NCBI RefSeq assembly: GCF_035594765.1
Contig: NC_085845.1
Coordinates: forward strand, 24,422,024 to 24,486,023
Length of the DNA stretch: 64,000 nt
Source: Anolis carolinensis
Lineage: Eukaryota
Reading direction: 5' to 3'
Shown: positions 1 through 23,271 of the stretch, piece by piece
How positions within the stretch are numbered: position 1 is the stretch's first letter
How the letters are laid out: every line of letters begins with the position of its first letter
Position numbers and translations under genes: made by a program
The notes under the pieces: generated by a model
The model's database searches: none
The model's input: only the letters and a program-made list of their open reading frames with translations
Told to the model about the DNA's origin: nothing

Positions 1-231
1 CAGTCAGAAAGACAAATGATCAGATGAAATGGATGCATGGTTTCCTAATGTAATGTATTGCCTGGCAGCAAATTGCCCATTATTATTATTATTTTTAATT
101 CAGCTTGTATTTTGGATTATCTGACGATGGGGAAAATTTTCTGTCCGTGAATGGTTGAATTCGTGGATATGGAGGGCCAACTGTATTAACTGCTATTTCT
201 CGTCCACAATGCTGGCTATTATCCCTTAAGA

Positions 232-366
232 GAGTGGTTTTCAACCTGGAGTCCCCAGATGTTTTTGGCCTTCAACTCCCAGAAATCCTAACAGCTGGTA
301 AACTGGCTGGGATTTCTGGGAGTTGTAGGCCAAAAACATCTGGGGACTGCGGGTTGAGAACCACTG
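232..366. mobile_element. Palindromic hAT-type MITE
   Basis: AGTGGTTTTCAACC...GGTTGAGAACCACTG inverted termini; same family as 13838-13973. Confidence 0.75.
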
Positions 367-730
367 CCTTAGGGCTAAACAAAGCTGGTCTTCCAAAGGA
401 AATTTACATTAGGTAAAGTGAGGATTTGGGGCAGAAAAGTCACACCACCATTATCATCACCACCTCCATCACCATCATCATCTTTCAATTGCAAGGGATT
501 TGTAGAAATACTTATCTAAGGGTTTGAAAGTAACTTGCCTGGATTTAGATACTATGAAGCTTGATGTACCATTTATGTTCTGCCCCAGGCCCCTTCTATA
601 TTGCCATATAATCCAGATAATAAAAGCAGATAATCCACATTATCTGCATTGAACTGGATTATACAAATCTACACGGCCAGATAATCTGGGATATCTCTGC
701 TAAAGAGTGCTGGTGCCTCAAAAAAACTAC

Positions 731-1014
731 TTTTTTTGTGTCAGGAGCGACTTGAAAAACTGCAAGTCGTTTCTGGCATGAGAGAATTGGCCGTCTGCAA
801 GGACGTTGTCCAGGGGACGCTCAGATGTTTTGATGTTTTTACCATCCTTGTGGGAGGCTTCTCTGATGTCCCTGCATGAAGCTGGAGCTGATAGAGGGAG
901 CTCACCCGTGCTCTTCCTGTTAGGATTCGAACTCGCAACCTTCAGGTCAGCAACCCAGCCTCCAAGTCAGCAGTCCTGCGGGCACAAGGGTTTAACCCAC
1001 TGCACCACCGCTCC
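731..1014 (-). mobile_element. tRNA-derived SINE with Vingi-like 3' tail
   Basis: tRNA-like head, poly(A) tail; multiple copies in window. Confidence 0.85.
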
Positions 1015-1061
1015 CATATGGAAGATTTTCTTATTTTCTGCTACTTCAGGAGATAGACCAT

Positions 1062-1210
1062 GGCTGGATCTACACTGCCCTATATCCCAGGATCTGATCC
1101 CAGATTATCTGCTTATCCCAGATTATATGGCAGGGGAAACTCATATAATCCAGATCAAAGAAGATAATCTGGGGTCATCTCCTGGGATATAGGCTAGTTT
1201 AGCTCCAGCC
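1062..1210. mobile_element. Harbinger-type MITE
   Basis: GGCTGGATCTACAC...TAGCTCCAGCC inverted termini, internal palindrome. Confidence 0.6.
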
Positions 1211-1254
1211 CATGAACAAATGGATTCGAAAAAGAAAGAAAAAGACATTCCAAC

Positions 1255-1440
1255 TAAATATTAGGAAGAATTTCCTGATGCAGAACCACTTCAGCAGAAA
1301 ATTGATGGACCCTCTTTTGTTGGAGTTTTTAACACATATATTGGATGCCTGTCTCTTGGGGTTATTTTAGACGTATATTCTGCACAGACAGGGGATGGAC
1401 TAGATGACCTTTGGGATCATTTGCAGCTCTGTTATTTTGT
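1255..1440 (+). mobile_element. Degenerate CR1 LINE 3' end
   Basis: GGACTAGATGACCTTTGGGATC-type CR1 3' UTR motif. Confidence 0.6.
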
Positions 1441-2890
1441 TATTTTATTGCATTGTTAGGAGAGGAAAGGAATATCATCCTACTGTGTGAAGTGAAATCA
1501 AACACATACCTGGTCGTAATTCAGGATCATTCTTTGATCCGTGTTCTGAAATTCCTTCCTAAAGTACTTTCAAGCCATCTAAACTAGTAGACATTAATAT
1601 ATTGTCTTTCTGAAGCCGGTCTAACAACACAGAGAGTTAACAGCTGCTATAATTCCACTTATGGCACTGTTTATTTTACATATTTTATGGACATACTACG
1701 TCTGTGGTCCTCCTGCCCTAAATCTAATTTAGGCAATCCTTTTCAAACATCTGCAGTGTTTGCAAATATACTGCCAAGCGAAATGAAAAGATAGTATTTC
1801 TTTAGCTCGACCTGGAGTTTCTGGAGACGTCACATCAAATGTGTATACAAGCTGAAATAATATTGTAAGGTTAAGATCAAGTAGTAGGGTAAAAATAATA
1901 GCATTCTGCTTTGTTGAACACAAATATTTCTTGTAAAGGCTAGCTTATCACTTGTCAACATAGCTCTGAATGAGCCATCTGCTCCAAAAAAAGGCAGCTT
2001 GTTGATCTTTCAGCGTTTTAATTTGTAACTAGACTTCTCACAATGTATATACAAGAACATCATATTAATTTTCAATAAGGAATATTTTGCAAACTAAGAA
2101 ATAATCCTAATCTAGCTGAACTGTGAGACTAAAGAGATTGGACCATGTTTATTGAGTAGTTAATTTCAATGGAATTTTCCATTATCACAACATTTATCGT
2201 TTTGGCCGAGATTCTCTGCAGGTTTGCATCTTGTTGCCGCAATCAGTCTCCATTTAATATTCTTATCTCTCCTTTCGTTTTGCTTCCTTTAGCATCCTAT
2301 CACTGAAACACAATCTTTTTATTCTGTCTAGTGTATTATTGCTGATAAAGGGCTCATTGCTACCTTATCCGTTTAAGCTATCCTTGTTTTCCTTGTTCCA
2401 TTATTCTTTGTAAGGTTTTATTTATGACCCTGGAATCAAAGCTGTTATGTAGTGTATAATCATTAGCTTGAACACGTTTCCATGGGATGTTCAATATAGG
2501 ACATTTCCTTTGTGTCTTGATGGCTCATGCCACATTTATAGACTTCCTGGAGGTATCTAGCTGGTTGTTGTTGGAAACCGACCAGAAAGTAGTATTGCGC
2601 ATTCTGGGTAAACCATGATCCATTTCGTGTCCTGGCTTTTGGTAGGGGCCCTGATCCATTTTTAACAGAACCTCCCAAAATTGATAGGGCAGATATCTGT
2701 TTTTGCTTCTTAGTGCTGAAATATCCATTTTCTTTCGGCCCATTATTCTGGAGGGGCTTCCCACCCAGGCTCCCCTTCCCGGCACGCACTTTAAGGAGGT
2801 GTTTTATTGGGGTTTGCCTCACCTCCATATGGGGCGTCAAAGGGCTCCCTGGCTGGAGCCGAAGACACCCCTGGGACATTTCTCATTGCC

Positions 2891-3641
2891 ATTTCCCTTT
2901 TCAATTGGGAAACCTACTTTGTGCCACTGCTGAGGTCTCTCCATTGGAGCTAGGGGTGAACCCACAGTGGGGTCCTTGGTGCGGGGCTGGAATGCACTGC
3001 GTTCACTGACGGCTTGCCATGGCTAGTCTTGCACCACTGCTAAGGTCTCTTCATCAAAGCTAGGGGCAGACCCATGGTTGGATCCTTGGCACAGGACTGG
3101 GACATGCCATGTTCAGTGGTGGCTTGCCAGGGGCTTACCTTCCATCATGTTTGCTGGCGGCCTTGCTCCGTGACTGTGCAGGCCCAGAAAGGTAGTGGCA
3201 GGCTCTTTCTAGGTCTGCATGCCACACAAACTCTCTTTCCAAGGAGAGTGCATGTATGGCATGCAGGCGCAGAGCCCAGCGCCGCTTTCTCTAGAGTAAG
3301 CGGTGCTCTGTTGCAGGCCCTGGCAATAGTGGGTTCTCTGAGCTTGCATGCCACACACACACACACACTCTTTCCAAGAAAAGTGCATGTGTGGTGTGCA
3401 TGCCCAAAGCACCCGTGCCTGCCAGGGCCTGCAGCCAAACATCGAGTAAGAGGCACTTGGCTGCAGGCCCTGGCAGGTGCAGGCATTTTGGGCCTGAATG
3501 CCACACATGCACACTTTTCAAAGAGAGTGCAAGTGTGGCGTGCAGCCGCAGAGCACTCATGCCTGCCAGGGCCTGCAGCTACAAGCCCTGGCAGGCATGG
3601 GTGCTCTGCGCTTACACACCACACAAGCACTCTCCTTGGAA

Positions 3642-3680
<39 letters not shown>

Positions 3681-3862
3681 CGTGCAGGCCCAGAAAGTGC
3701 CTGTGTCTGCCAGTCATGGAGCAAGGCTGCCGGCCAATGCGATAGAGGCCAAGCCCCAGCAAGCCGCCAGTGCGCCAAGGATCCCAGCATGGGTCCGCCC
3801 CTAGCTCCGATGAAGAGACCTCATCAGTAGTGCAAGGTAGGTTTCCCAACTGAAGGGGAAAA
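2891..3862. mobile_element. GC-rich foldback element with long inverted arms and palindromic internal modules
   Basis: TTTCCCTTTTCAATTGGGAAACCTAC... arm mirrored by ...GTAGGTTTCCCAACTGAAGGGGAAAA; four internal hairpin units; (TG)n at ~3645-3678. Confidence 0.75.
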
Positions 3863-4170
3863 CAGCAGCTAGAAATTGCAGCAAAGCTGGCTAGTTTTGC
3901 CCCTGAGTGCAATCCCTCTTCTCTCCTCTATAACTGCGATGCTGAAAAGCAGGCTTGGAGCCAGTACTTACTCCCGCCTGCTTTCATGTCTTGTATATTT
4001 TCGTACTGAGAGTGGCCTTCCCATTCTGTGCTCCCGAAGGAATGAAATAAATGAAATAAATGAATGAAACTGGAGAAATGAATTTTGTGCACATGACTAC
4101 CAGAAAGGCTGCAAATGCTTCCTCATTTTTATGTGGCTGGCTGCTCTAATGCCAGTCGAGAGATTAATCA

Positions 4171-4349
4171 CAGAATCATAGAATAGTAGAGTTGGAAGAG
4201 ACCTCATGGGCCATCCAGTCCAACCCCCTGCCAAGAAGCAGGAAATCGCATCCAAAGCACCCCCGACAGACGGCCATCCAGCCTCTGCTTAAAAGGCTCC
4301 AAAGAAGGAGCCTCCACCACAGTCCGGGGGAGAGAGTTCCACTGCCGAA
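4171..4349 (-). mobile_element. CR1 LINE 3' end
   Basis: AGAATCATAGAATAG tail plus CCATCCAGTCCAACCCC and GGCCATCCAGCCTCTG CR1 motifs. Confidence 0.85.
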
Positions 4350-5821
4350 TCTGCTCTTTGTTTTAGTCTGAACTTCAAAGGAGCTGCTGAACCTCATCTT
4401 CAAAGTTGGGCTGACATCTTATACATTTACATCAGGCGTGGGCAAACTTTGGTCCTACCAGTTGTTAGGAATTGTGAGAGTTGAAGTCCAAGCACCTGGA
4501 GGGTTGAAGTTTGCCTATGGCCGATCTACATGGTATCCTGGGAGTTGTGGTCTGGTGGGACACCAATATTCTTTGGCAGAGAAAAATAAAGACCATATAA
4601 AGCTACAATTCCATAGCTTTGAGACATGACAGTTAAAGTGATGTCAAACTGTATTAATTCTACAGTGTAGATACACCCACAAGTCGTTCATAGTTCAGAT
4701 CAAACTTTAAAGATATATTCCACCCTATTGATAAGAAAGTGCCCTGCCCTCCAATTAATTAAAACAACAGCCTATGGACATTTACTCACAAGTAAACTCT
4801 AATGAACATAGTGAGTCTTAATTCTGAATAAAAATGCATTGGATTGTACTGTTCCTGCCAGCAGTGGTGGATAATATTTTACTCTCTGAGTGGACTGCAG
4901 ATAGGATTTAAAACTTAGAACACATTACTCAAATGAGTTTTGTAGAAGGGAACCTATTTCTTAGGAACCTACATATTTCTTAGCCATTGTGAAATTCAGT
5001 GCCATTAAGGGATGACCAGGTTCCCATGTTGCTGTTTTGTTTTTAGAGTTCTCTAATCTGCAATGACCAGGGTTTTCACTGCAAAAAGCATCTGTCGCTC
5101 AGCAACATTTTATGAGTTCCCACAAATCCAAGCAAATGTGAGCTGCGAAACTTGCATTTTGGCATTTATTGCCTATCAATTTTTGTTTTAAAAACCTTGT
5201 AGTTGATTTCTCATAGGAATTTCCCTCTTTTATGACAGCTTTATACAAAATGTAATGACCACTTTAATGAGGGAATACGTATTCTGATTTGCAATGAATG
5301 TTTTCAGCTACTGCAATCAACCTCCAAAGTGATAGTGCTCTCGGTACTGATATGACTCGTGTCTGGTGATGTACATCCTGGTTGCTTAGCTTCAGGCTTA
5401 CCAACATAGTTTCAGGCCAACCAAAGGTGAACCTATCGTATCTTCTTGGTAAGAAGGGATTTTGCCTTCCTCTATGGCTGAGAGAGTGTTGACTTGCCCA
5501 AGGTCAGCCAATGGTTTCCATGATGGAGCAGAGATTCGAATCCTGATCTCCAGACACGTAGTCCAGCACTCAAGCCACTATGCCATGTAGGCTTTCTTGT
5601 TGTATGCATGCTCATTATAAATACAGTGGAATGAAATATTTGAGCAAATTACACATATTTTGAGTACTTTATGAATGTATAAAATATGTATTTTATTTAT
5701 GTTATTTTACTGTTATTGTTTTTGTTATATATGTTGTATTGTTTTATCTGTTGATCAGGCTTGGTCTCCATGTGAACCGCTCTGAGTCCCCTCGGGGAGA
5801 TGGAAGTGGGTTATAAGTAAA

Positions 5822-5855
<34 letters not shown>

Positions 5856-5856
<1 letters not shown>

Positions 5857-6200
5857 AGTAGAGTCCCACTTATCCAACATGCGCTTATCCAACATTCTGG
5901 ATTATCCAACGCAGTCTGCCTTTTAGTAGTCAGTGTTTTTGTAGTCAATGTTTTCAATACGTTGTAATATTTTGGTGCTAAATTCATAAATACAGTAATG
6001 ACTACATAGCATTACTGCATATTCAACTACTTTTTCTGTCAATTTTCTTGTATAACATGATGTTTTGGTGCTTAATTTGTAAAATCATAACCTAATTTGA
6101 TGTTTAATAGGCTCTTCCTTAATCCCTCCTTATTATCCAACATATTCGCTTATCCAACGTTCTGCCAGCCCATTTATGTTGGATAAGTGAGACTCTACTG
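5856..6200. mobile_element. Tc1/mariner-type MITE inserted in a (TTA)n microsatellite
   Basis: CAGTAGAGTC..CTTATCCAA TIRs, TA target; copies at 12722, 19121, 37240, 42510, 49211. Confidence 0.85.
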
Positions 6201-6256
<56 letters not shown>

Positions 6257-7065
6257 TTGCACTCATCAAACAACAGTATTCATTGTCCAATCATTGCTTC
6301 CTCGAGTGGTGATAAATTCCTCAAGTATCACCAAGAGATTTGCTTGCCTTTGAATGCAATGGTATAGGGTTTCTCCATAGTGCTTCATCTACAAATTTAC
6401 AAAAGTAACACAGAAGTAGAAATAAAGATCTGGTACTCACACAAAACATTGGATCTGCAAAGATGGAAAAAGCCATGGCACTTCTCCAAATCTGCAGTAG
6501 AATCTAGTGTTTCAGGCAAGGCAATTGCATGACAAAAAACTTGCCTTGAAACACTATTATTCTCAATATAAGCTAGGAGTTGGGGAACTGCAGTGCTGAA
6601 GGCCTTCTGGAGATCTTCCCCATTAAAAAAAATCTAGGCTACTTTTGGAATAGCCTGAAAGACTCCCAAACTACAATTACTACTACTACTGCTACTACTA
6701 CTACTGACTCCTCTACCTCCTCATCTTCTATTTATTTCAATCCTGCTTTCTCTAAAAGACCCAAAGTGGCTAATACTAAAAAGATAATTAATTTTTTTTT
6801 AAATATACAAGCATTAAATTAGAATTAAACATTGGAAATATTAAATATAAACAGTTTAAACCATTAAAACCTTAAGTGGCATTGTGCCACTTCCAATGTC
6901 ACCCCTGATGTAAATTATAATAAAGCTGTTCCTAAACTCTACTGGTAACACAGTATCTATGAACAAGGACCACGGGGAACATCTGGGGTGTACAATTTGT
7001 AGACTCTTCTGAACTACTGCATTAGAGCCTTCTAGCAGAGAAACTTAAATACCTTAATAGACTAC

Positions 7066-7372
7066 GGTAAGGCAAAGGTAGAGGTTTCCCCTGACGTTAA
7101 GTCCAGTCATGACCGACTCTGAGGGTTGGTGCTCATCTCCATTTCTAGGCCGAAGAGCCGCCGTTGTCCATAGACATCTCCAAGGTCATGTGGCCGACAT
7201 GACTACATGAAGCGCCATTACCTTCCCGCCGGAGCGGTACCTATCAATCTACTCACATTTGCATGTTTTCGAACTGCTAGGTTGGCAGGAGCTGGGTCTA
7301 ACAGCGGGTGCTCATTCCGCTTCTGGGATTTGAACCTGAGACCTTTTGGTCCGCAAGTTCAGCAGCTCAGTG
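7066..7372 (-). mobile_element. Sauria SINE
   Basis: AAGGTAAAGG-type tail, GGTGCTCATCTCCATTTC, CCAAGGTCATGTGGCC diagnostic body. Confidence 0.85.
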
Positions 7373-10300
7373 CTGCTGAATATTCAGCAACTACAGTTGA
7401 AGTAATATTCAAGCAACTACAGTTGAAGTAGCATTAAAATGCAGTAACTAAATGTTATGGATTTACACTAAATCAATTTATGCATTGAAATGATTCCTAA
7501 TTAGATCTGTTGGCAGCCTGGATTGGACCACACAAACATTTCACATACTGAACTGGCCCATTTTTAAGGATTTGCCCAATCTGAGTAGCAATTGCCATTA
7601 AAATATGCAGAGAACAGGTTGATTTAGCAATTGCTTTGTTTAAAAAAGGAAGCATACGTTTCCCTTCCTTTTCAGCACCAAAACAAAGAGCCAGGAAGGG
7701 GAAATCACAGTTATTGAAATGTCCCATGCTCATGCGAACTATTCCCATCTAGCAAAAGTGATCTTAATGGCACAGAGATGAGAATTTACATCAGACTTGC
7801 ATAATCTGCTATCCCAGAAGCCCTAGGCATCTTGTCCAATGGTCTGAAATTATGGGAGCAGAAGTCCAAAATACCTGGAGTGCCACAGGTAGTTCAGGCC
7901 TGCATTATGATATACAAATCTATCAAATGGAATTAAAAATAAAATCTGGGAGGATATTATCAAGAGTTTTTCATCTTTATAGTTCAATCTGAGTATTCCA
8001 TTTATGTGGACGTAAGGCTTGCTTGGATAATGGAACTGGTTGTCACAAGTAAGAAGAAAGGAGCAGGAAATACCTGTAACTTTCTATGGACATGAAGAGG
8101 CACTTTGGGACCCCTCTACACTACCATATAAAATCCAGATTATCTGCTTTGTACTGGATTATATGGCAGTGTAGAAGAGACCTAAGCAACCTTTATTTAA
8201 AGGAGTTTCTTCTTTCTTAGATTCTGCTCTTATATCTATTTTTCAATTGCGTTAGGGAAAAAACATCTCATCCCGGGATAGATACAGTTTGTAGAATACT
8301 GCTACCAATGGTGAATCTACACTGTAGAATTAATGCAGTTAGTGCATTTACATTGTAGAATTAATGTAGTTTGAAACCACTTTAATTGCCATGGCTCAAT
8401 AATATGTAATCATGGTAGCTGTTGTTTTATGTCTCTAACTTGTTTAGCCTCCCCAAACTACAGTTCCCATAATTCCATATCTTTGGGCCAAGACAGTTAA
8501 AGTGGTGTCAAACTGCATTAATTTTACAATGTAGATGCACGCTTAATGGAATACATTATGACTCCCATATCTGAGGAGGATACATTCCAAGATCATGGAT
8601 AGCTGAAACTATGGATATTAGCAAATCCTTTATTTTGACTATATCTGGCCTGGAAGCGTACTATAGAATCATACTGGAGGACCTAAAGAAGACCACAAAC
8701 ACTTCTGGAGAGAGGGAATATATTTTGGAGTGTGGATAAATGAATCTGTGGGTACAGAATCCATAGACAAGGGGATCATATTGTGCTGCTGATTAAGGTT
8801 GCCAGATCAGCAGAATCCCTGGCCCTAAAGTTCTACATTCATCAACAGGGCCACAACCACAAGACCAACACCTAAACATAGTAAATATATAACAAATACC
8901 AACAACCTATAAATATATTTATATTAAATATGAAAATAAAGAAATGGACAAATATGATTTTTATGGCAAATGTGAACACCAGAGAACTGAAGATATATAT
9001 TGCGTTAAACAGAGTATCATGCTAAACATACATGAAAAATAACATATAACAAAAATCATTTTACATACATGCCAAGAGAAGAAATGAAATAGATCACAAT
9101 AGAGATATGTGAAACATAAGTAATGATGAAGATCTTCAATTTATTCCAATGTTCCTCAACATTTTCAGGGTGTTCTATGTCATATAATCCAGTTCAAAGC
9201 AGATAATCTGGATTTTATATGGCAGTGTATAAGAGGCCTTAAACTCTGAGATTTAGAAACATTTATTGCTAATTCAACTAAATAGAAGACACGTGTTTTT
9301 TGTTTGTCCTTTTGCTCCCTTGCTGACTTCTAAAAATAAGTCCACTTTAAAACAAGACATTTTATGTCCTTGAATGGAAGCAAAAAACTACCAGGAAGTT
9401 ATAATAAATATATACATACACTGAGGTCATAGCTGGCTTAGCCAAAGAGTTGTTCTTTTTCTTTGTTGACAAAAAGTCTTTTGCAGTTGCTGATGTAATG
9501 CTTTTTATGTGCAACTGAATTTTAAGAGCCAAACATGGTTTAAAATATTAAATTTTAGTTCTGAGAATAATTTAGTGTGGACAAATACGTATGACATATT
9601 ATTAAACCATATATACCACAGGTTTAAGACTGTATAATTATTTCATGATTTGTATAGAAAAATATTGCAACACTTTTGGAAGTGATGGATAATAAAAAGA
9701 TGCAAGTAAACGAGAAGCGGCAAAACATTATTTTCCTTCATATAGACAAGTAGCTTTGCATTAGCCTTTAGCATGTGTAGTCTGTTAGTGTGAAATCAAA
9801 CTGGAAGGATTGGACCAAATTTTAACAGCTGGGTTATCCATGCACATGCAGGGCAATCCAGTGCTCATCCACTCAACCACTATATCATGATAGCTCTATT
9901 TCCGTAATATAAAAGAAGGAAGAGAAGGAGGAGGAGGAGAAAGTAAATGTAATAGCACCACCAATAATTTCATTTATAAAAGGTTCACAAGTACTGTCAT
10001 TGCACATAATATATTACTTCCAAGCTCCTGTCCTAAATGTTTTATTTATTACTTTTCCAAAGACAACCCACCATTGCTTAGGCTGGCTTGTGTAGGTGGG
10101 ATTTGGAGTTCAACAGTACGTGGAAAGCCCTATGTTTTCTAGACTTTGCCAAATTCTATTGTTTGGAGAGAGATAAAAGAGGTGATCTGAAAGAAGCTGA
10201 GAAGAATCCAGAAAATAATGTTGTCAAGCATTGAATCAGTGAGAAAATGACCTTTTCTTTATGCTTTCAAAAGCTGGAATGTCATCTCTATAGCAATCAA

Positions 10301-10433
10301 TCGGTTTGGAAAGTTTTAGTTTGGAATCACATGGACCTAAAAGTGGCAGAAGAAGTTTCTCACCAGAGAGAGAGAGAGAGAGACGGAGACTTTGTGAATT
10401 ACAAATTATGTGGAGGGTTTTTGTTTCTTGTCC

Positions 10434-10439
10434 TTTATT
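10434..10439 (-). terminator. Candidate polyadenylation signal, gene A
   Basis: AATAAA on minus strand ~120 nt after the stop codon. Confidence 0.55.
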
Positions 10440-10555
10440 CCCTTGCCACATAATTGACTGTAACCTAAATAGTTTATATACATAGAATGTTATTTGCTGA
10501 AATTCTGTTGAATTTGTCCCAATAGGCAAAAGATTTGTAGAATGGGTAGCCTGTG

Positions 10556-19941
<9,386 letters not shown>

Positions 19942-20069
19942 TGTATGTCAGAATCGCAGCTTTGTTCTGTGGACAGTTCTCAAGGACTTGCTGCTTTCTT
20001 GGTTTCTTTGTCTCTGGCAGGAAGACAGATACACCCAAACATTTTTTTCCCTTTTTGCTCCAGTGTGCA

Positions 20070-20210
20070 CAACACTCACATTGTATAATCTATAAAGCAA
20101 TGAGGAAAAGGGAGGGCCCACTGAGAGTTGTAATATAAAGTTTGCCAGTGCCCCATAAAGTTAGGATTTATGCTATTCTTGTCTTCAAGCTCAAAGTTAA
20201 TTATCAGGAG
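20070..20210 (-). promoter_or_regulatory. Proximal promoter of gene A (homologous to gene C promoter)
   Basis: TATA-like 20081-20096, AGGAAAAGGGAGGG, TAAAGTT motifs and HNF1-like GTTAATTATCAG (20196-20207) in the same order as at 52730-52875. Confidence 0.55.
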
Positions 20211-20397
20211 AGAAGACAGGATCTACAAAACTAATATAATTTATCTATTCTCTTGGTCAGGTCATTTAGGCTGTAATTTTTACAGAAAACATAGTATAAC
20301 ATAGGTTTACACATAAGCCATCTGATCTTAGATGCTAATCAGGGTCAGCCCTGGTTAGTAAATGGATGGGAGGTTGCCAGTGAATACCAGAAAATAA

Positions 20398-20715
20398 GTA
20401 ACAACAACAACAACAACAACAACAACAACTTTATTTCTGTATCCTGCCCCATCTCCCCGAGGGGACTAGGGGCAGCTTACATGGGGACCAAGCCCAGCAA
20501 TACACAATAAAACACAATATAAAATGCATTCCAATCACAACAAATCAATAAATCAGTGACTATAAAACACAACATCACAAAATAAAAGCATAGCCAATGG
20601 ACAAGAGCGACATAATTGGCACTTCAGTCTTCGGTCTTGAAGGAGAGGAATAAAGTTATAGTTGTGCAATATATTAGGAGTACTAATAACATAGGCCAGT
20701 GATAAAGTGCAAGGC
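20398..20715 (-). mobile_element. L2-type 3' tail with (CAA)n microsatellite
   Basis: CCCCATCTCCCCGAGGGGACT..GGCAGCTTACA tail motif. Confidence 0.6.
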
Positions 20716-20717
20716 TA

Positions 20718-21137
20718 CCCTGTTTGCCCAAAAATAAGACATCCTCTGAAAATAAGACCTAGTAGAAGTTTTGCTGAATTGCTAAATATAAGGCCTCCCC
20801 TGAAAGTAAGACCTAGCAAAGATTTTGTTTGGAAACATGCCCGCTGAACAGAACATCAGAGCATGCAGGATTGGTAAATGTATGCATCATAGATTGTTGT
20901 ACATGGAAATAGTGGTAGTAACAATAAATTCTTGATAGGATTCACAGTTTGTCTGGTTATGGTGGTTTGTGATGACAACTACCGTACAGTATATAATAAA
21001 TGTTCTTTTTTTTGGTTCAACAATAAATGTGAATTCTTCTTCATGGAAAAATAAGACATCCCCTGAAAATAAGACCTAGCACATCTTTGGGAGCAAAAAT
21101 TAATATAAGACACTGTCTTATTTTCGGGGAAACAGAG
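20718..21137. mobile_element. Tc1/pogo-type non-autonomous DNA transposon
   Basis: TA-CCCTGTTT..AAAATAAGAC...GTCTTATTTTCGGGGAAACAGAG-TA; repeated AAAATAAGAC subterminal motifs. Confidence 0.75.
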
Positions 21138-22829
21138 TAGGAGATAGATAAGGTGGGGATGATGACGAAGAAACTGACAAAACCATTTCTGAGTATTCCT
21201 TGCCTTAGAAAACCCTATGAAATTAATGGGATCACCATAAATCTATAGGTGAATAGGAGGCACACAGAGAAAGACCCTACAGATTTTTCCCATCATGTTT
21301 GCCATGACCAATGCATGTCAAAATACAGTACTACATGTATAAAAGGGCTGACTGGGCCAGATTTGGCATGATTCTTGTCAAAACTCCTTTGGGAGAACCA
21401 CCGTCAATCAGGGCTGACATGGAGGCAATGCTGGGTTTTATGACATTTTAAATTTCCTACAACACCCTCCAATCATGCTGCGTAAGAAGTACTGTGAGAA
21501 ATTTATATTGGTTTCTCAAATAAGGGGTGCCCGATATTGTACAGTCATACCGCTTAACTGCCATGGTTCTATCCTATAAAATCCTGGATTTTTTAGTTTC
21601 ACAAAGTACTTGGAATTCTCTGAAGAGGGCTCCCATTATGAAGTCTGTTGGAGTGAACTAGAGAATTTTAAGTACTTTACAAAACTATAAATCCCAGGCT
21701 ACGACAGGAAGAGCAATGAGTGTGAAAGTGGTATCAAACTACTATAATTGTGTAATGTGGACATTACCTTGGCAACTTGAAGCATGGAGCATCAGGTATG
21801 TAGTATTGAATACCGGTAGCCCATTTGATTGACCTAAGGTCTTGACATGTGCCGTAAAGTGATGTCAAGCTAGGAGCAGATTTCATTCTCAGTCATGCAG
21901 AAACACCTACTGAGTTGTACTGATAGACTGACCCTTTCACTGCATATTCACTATTTATCTTAACCCTAGATTTTAATCTTATTAGGTTGTGTTGTATTTC
22001 CTTACACATGGGTTCCCTAGAAACTTGTAAATTTAATCCTCATCATGTAAACATTTTCTTAAAACATGAACTAGTTCCCTATCAGTTTGGCCAAATAAAA
22101 CAGTCTGAAGCCTATTTCTACTGGCAGCCAGTAGACAAAAGCACCACGTGAAGGAAAAAAGATCAGTTTCACACAGATACAGAGTGACCTCAGCGAAGGA
22201 TGACTCATTGGCAGGAACTTTAATTTAGTTGGTTTGTATTTTATGCTCCTGACAGATTCATCCAAAACAATATGGGAAGAAAATGTCAATTTTAAAATAA
22301 AAGTTAATGTTTCGATGGCTAAGCTACATTCTTTCCCAGTTCTTTCAGTAGCAGACAAACGAATTTTGCATCACTATTTTTCCTGTGAGTAGGAAAAATT
22401 CTCATTAATTCAAAAAGATTGACAACTGTAACTGTCATGAGGTTTTACAAAATAAATAAGTATGTGTTCCCTTCATTGAAAAGATGCAGGCGTTGCAATT
22501 ACACAGTTTTTCAACATGAGATACACAGGCTCCCAATTTGGGAACTCTTAGATTCAGTTCTGAGCCTGGAGGCTTAGGTTTTAACGGTGATTAGGAGCGT
22601 TTTTGCATAGGTGGGGCTAGCTATAAACAAAGTCTTGTGCTCTATAGCCAGAGGTGGTGGACTACACGTTCCATTCTCTATAGCTGTTCTGAATTGGCTA
22701 TCCTGTCTAGGAATTGATAACATCAGGTTGGACAAGCTGCTCTAAAATATATCATACTGGCACTCTCTATGTTATCTTCTGGGCTAACTCAACCTGAAGG
22801 TTTATGATAAGACATTCCATATATGTATA

Positions 22830-23230
22830 TGGGGAGGCCCTGCTCTCGATCCTGGTTGTTTCACTGGCAGGGATGAGAGACAAGCCTTCTCGGTAGTGGC
22901 CCCTCACCTGTGGAACTCCCTCCCTAGCGATATAAGATTGGACCCCTCCCTTCTAGCCTTCAGGAGGAAATTGAAGTCCTGGCTCTGGGATCAAGATTTG
23001 GATAAGAACGTAGTGCAATAATAGATGGAATGACTTTATGATTTTTAGACAGCGTGATTTTACTTGATTGTCAGGTTTTTAATGTTATTGTATGAATTTA
23101 TATTTTGTTATATTTTAAAGGTATGTCTGATATGTGTTTGGTAGGCATTGAATAAGTACCTGTGTAAGCTGCCTTGAGTCCCCTTCGGGGTGGAGAAAGG
23201 CGGGCTACCAATGCAGTAAATAAATAAATA
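22830..23230 (+). mobile_element. L2 LINE 3' fragment
   Basis: AFSVVAPHLWNSLP-like ORF2 end followed by GAGTCCCCTTCGGGG stem and (TAAA)n tail. Confidence 0.8.
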
Positions 23231-23271
23231 CATATATAGTTGTGTGTCTTCAAACTGTTACCAATTTATGT

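Noticed and set aside
3074-3912. Long overlapping ORFs (223-255 aa) on both strands
   Set aside because: By-product of the GC-rich palindromic repeat and (TG)n tract; no protein homology evident.
1-10400. Expected syntenic neighbour (C4orf17-like) left of the cluster
   Set aside because: I could not recognise its conserved motifs in any frame; not called.
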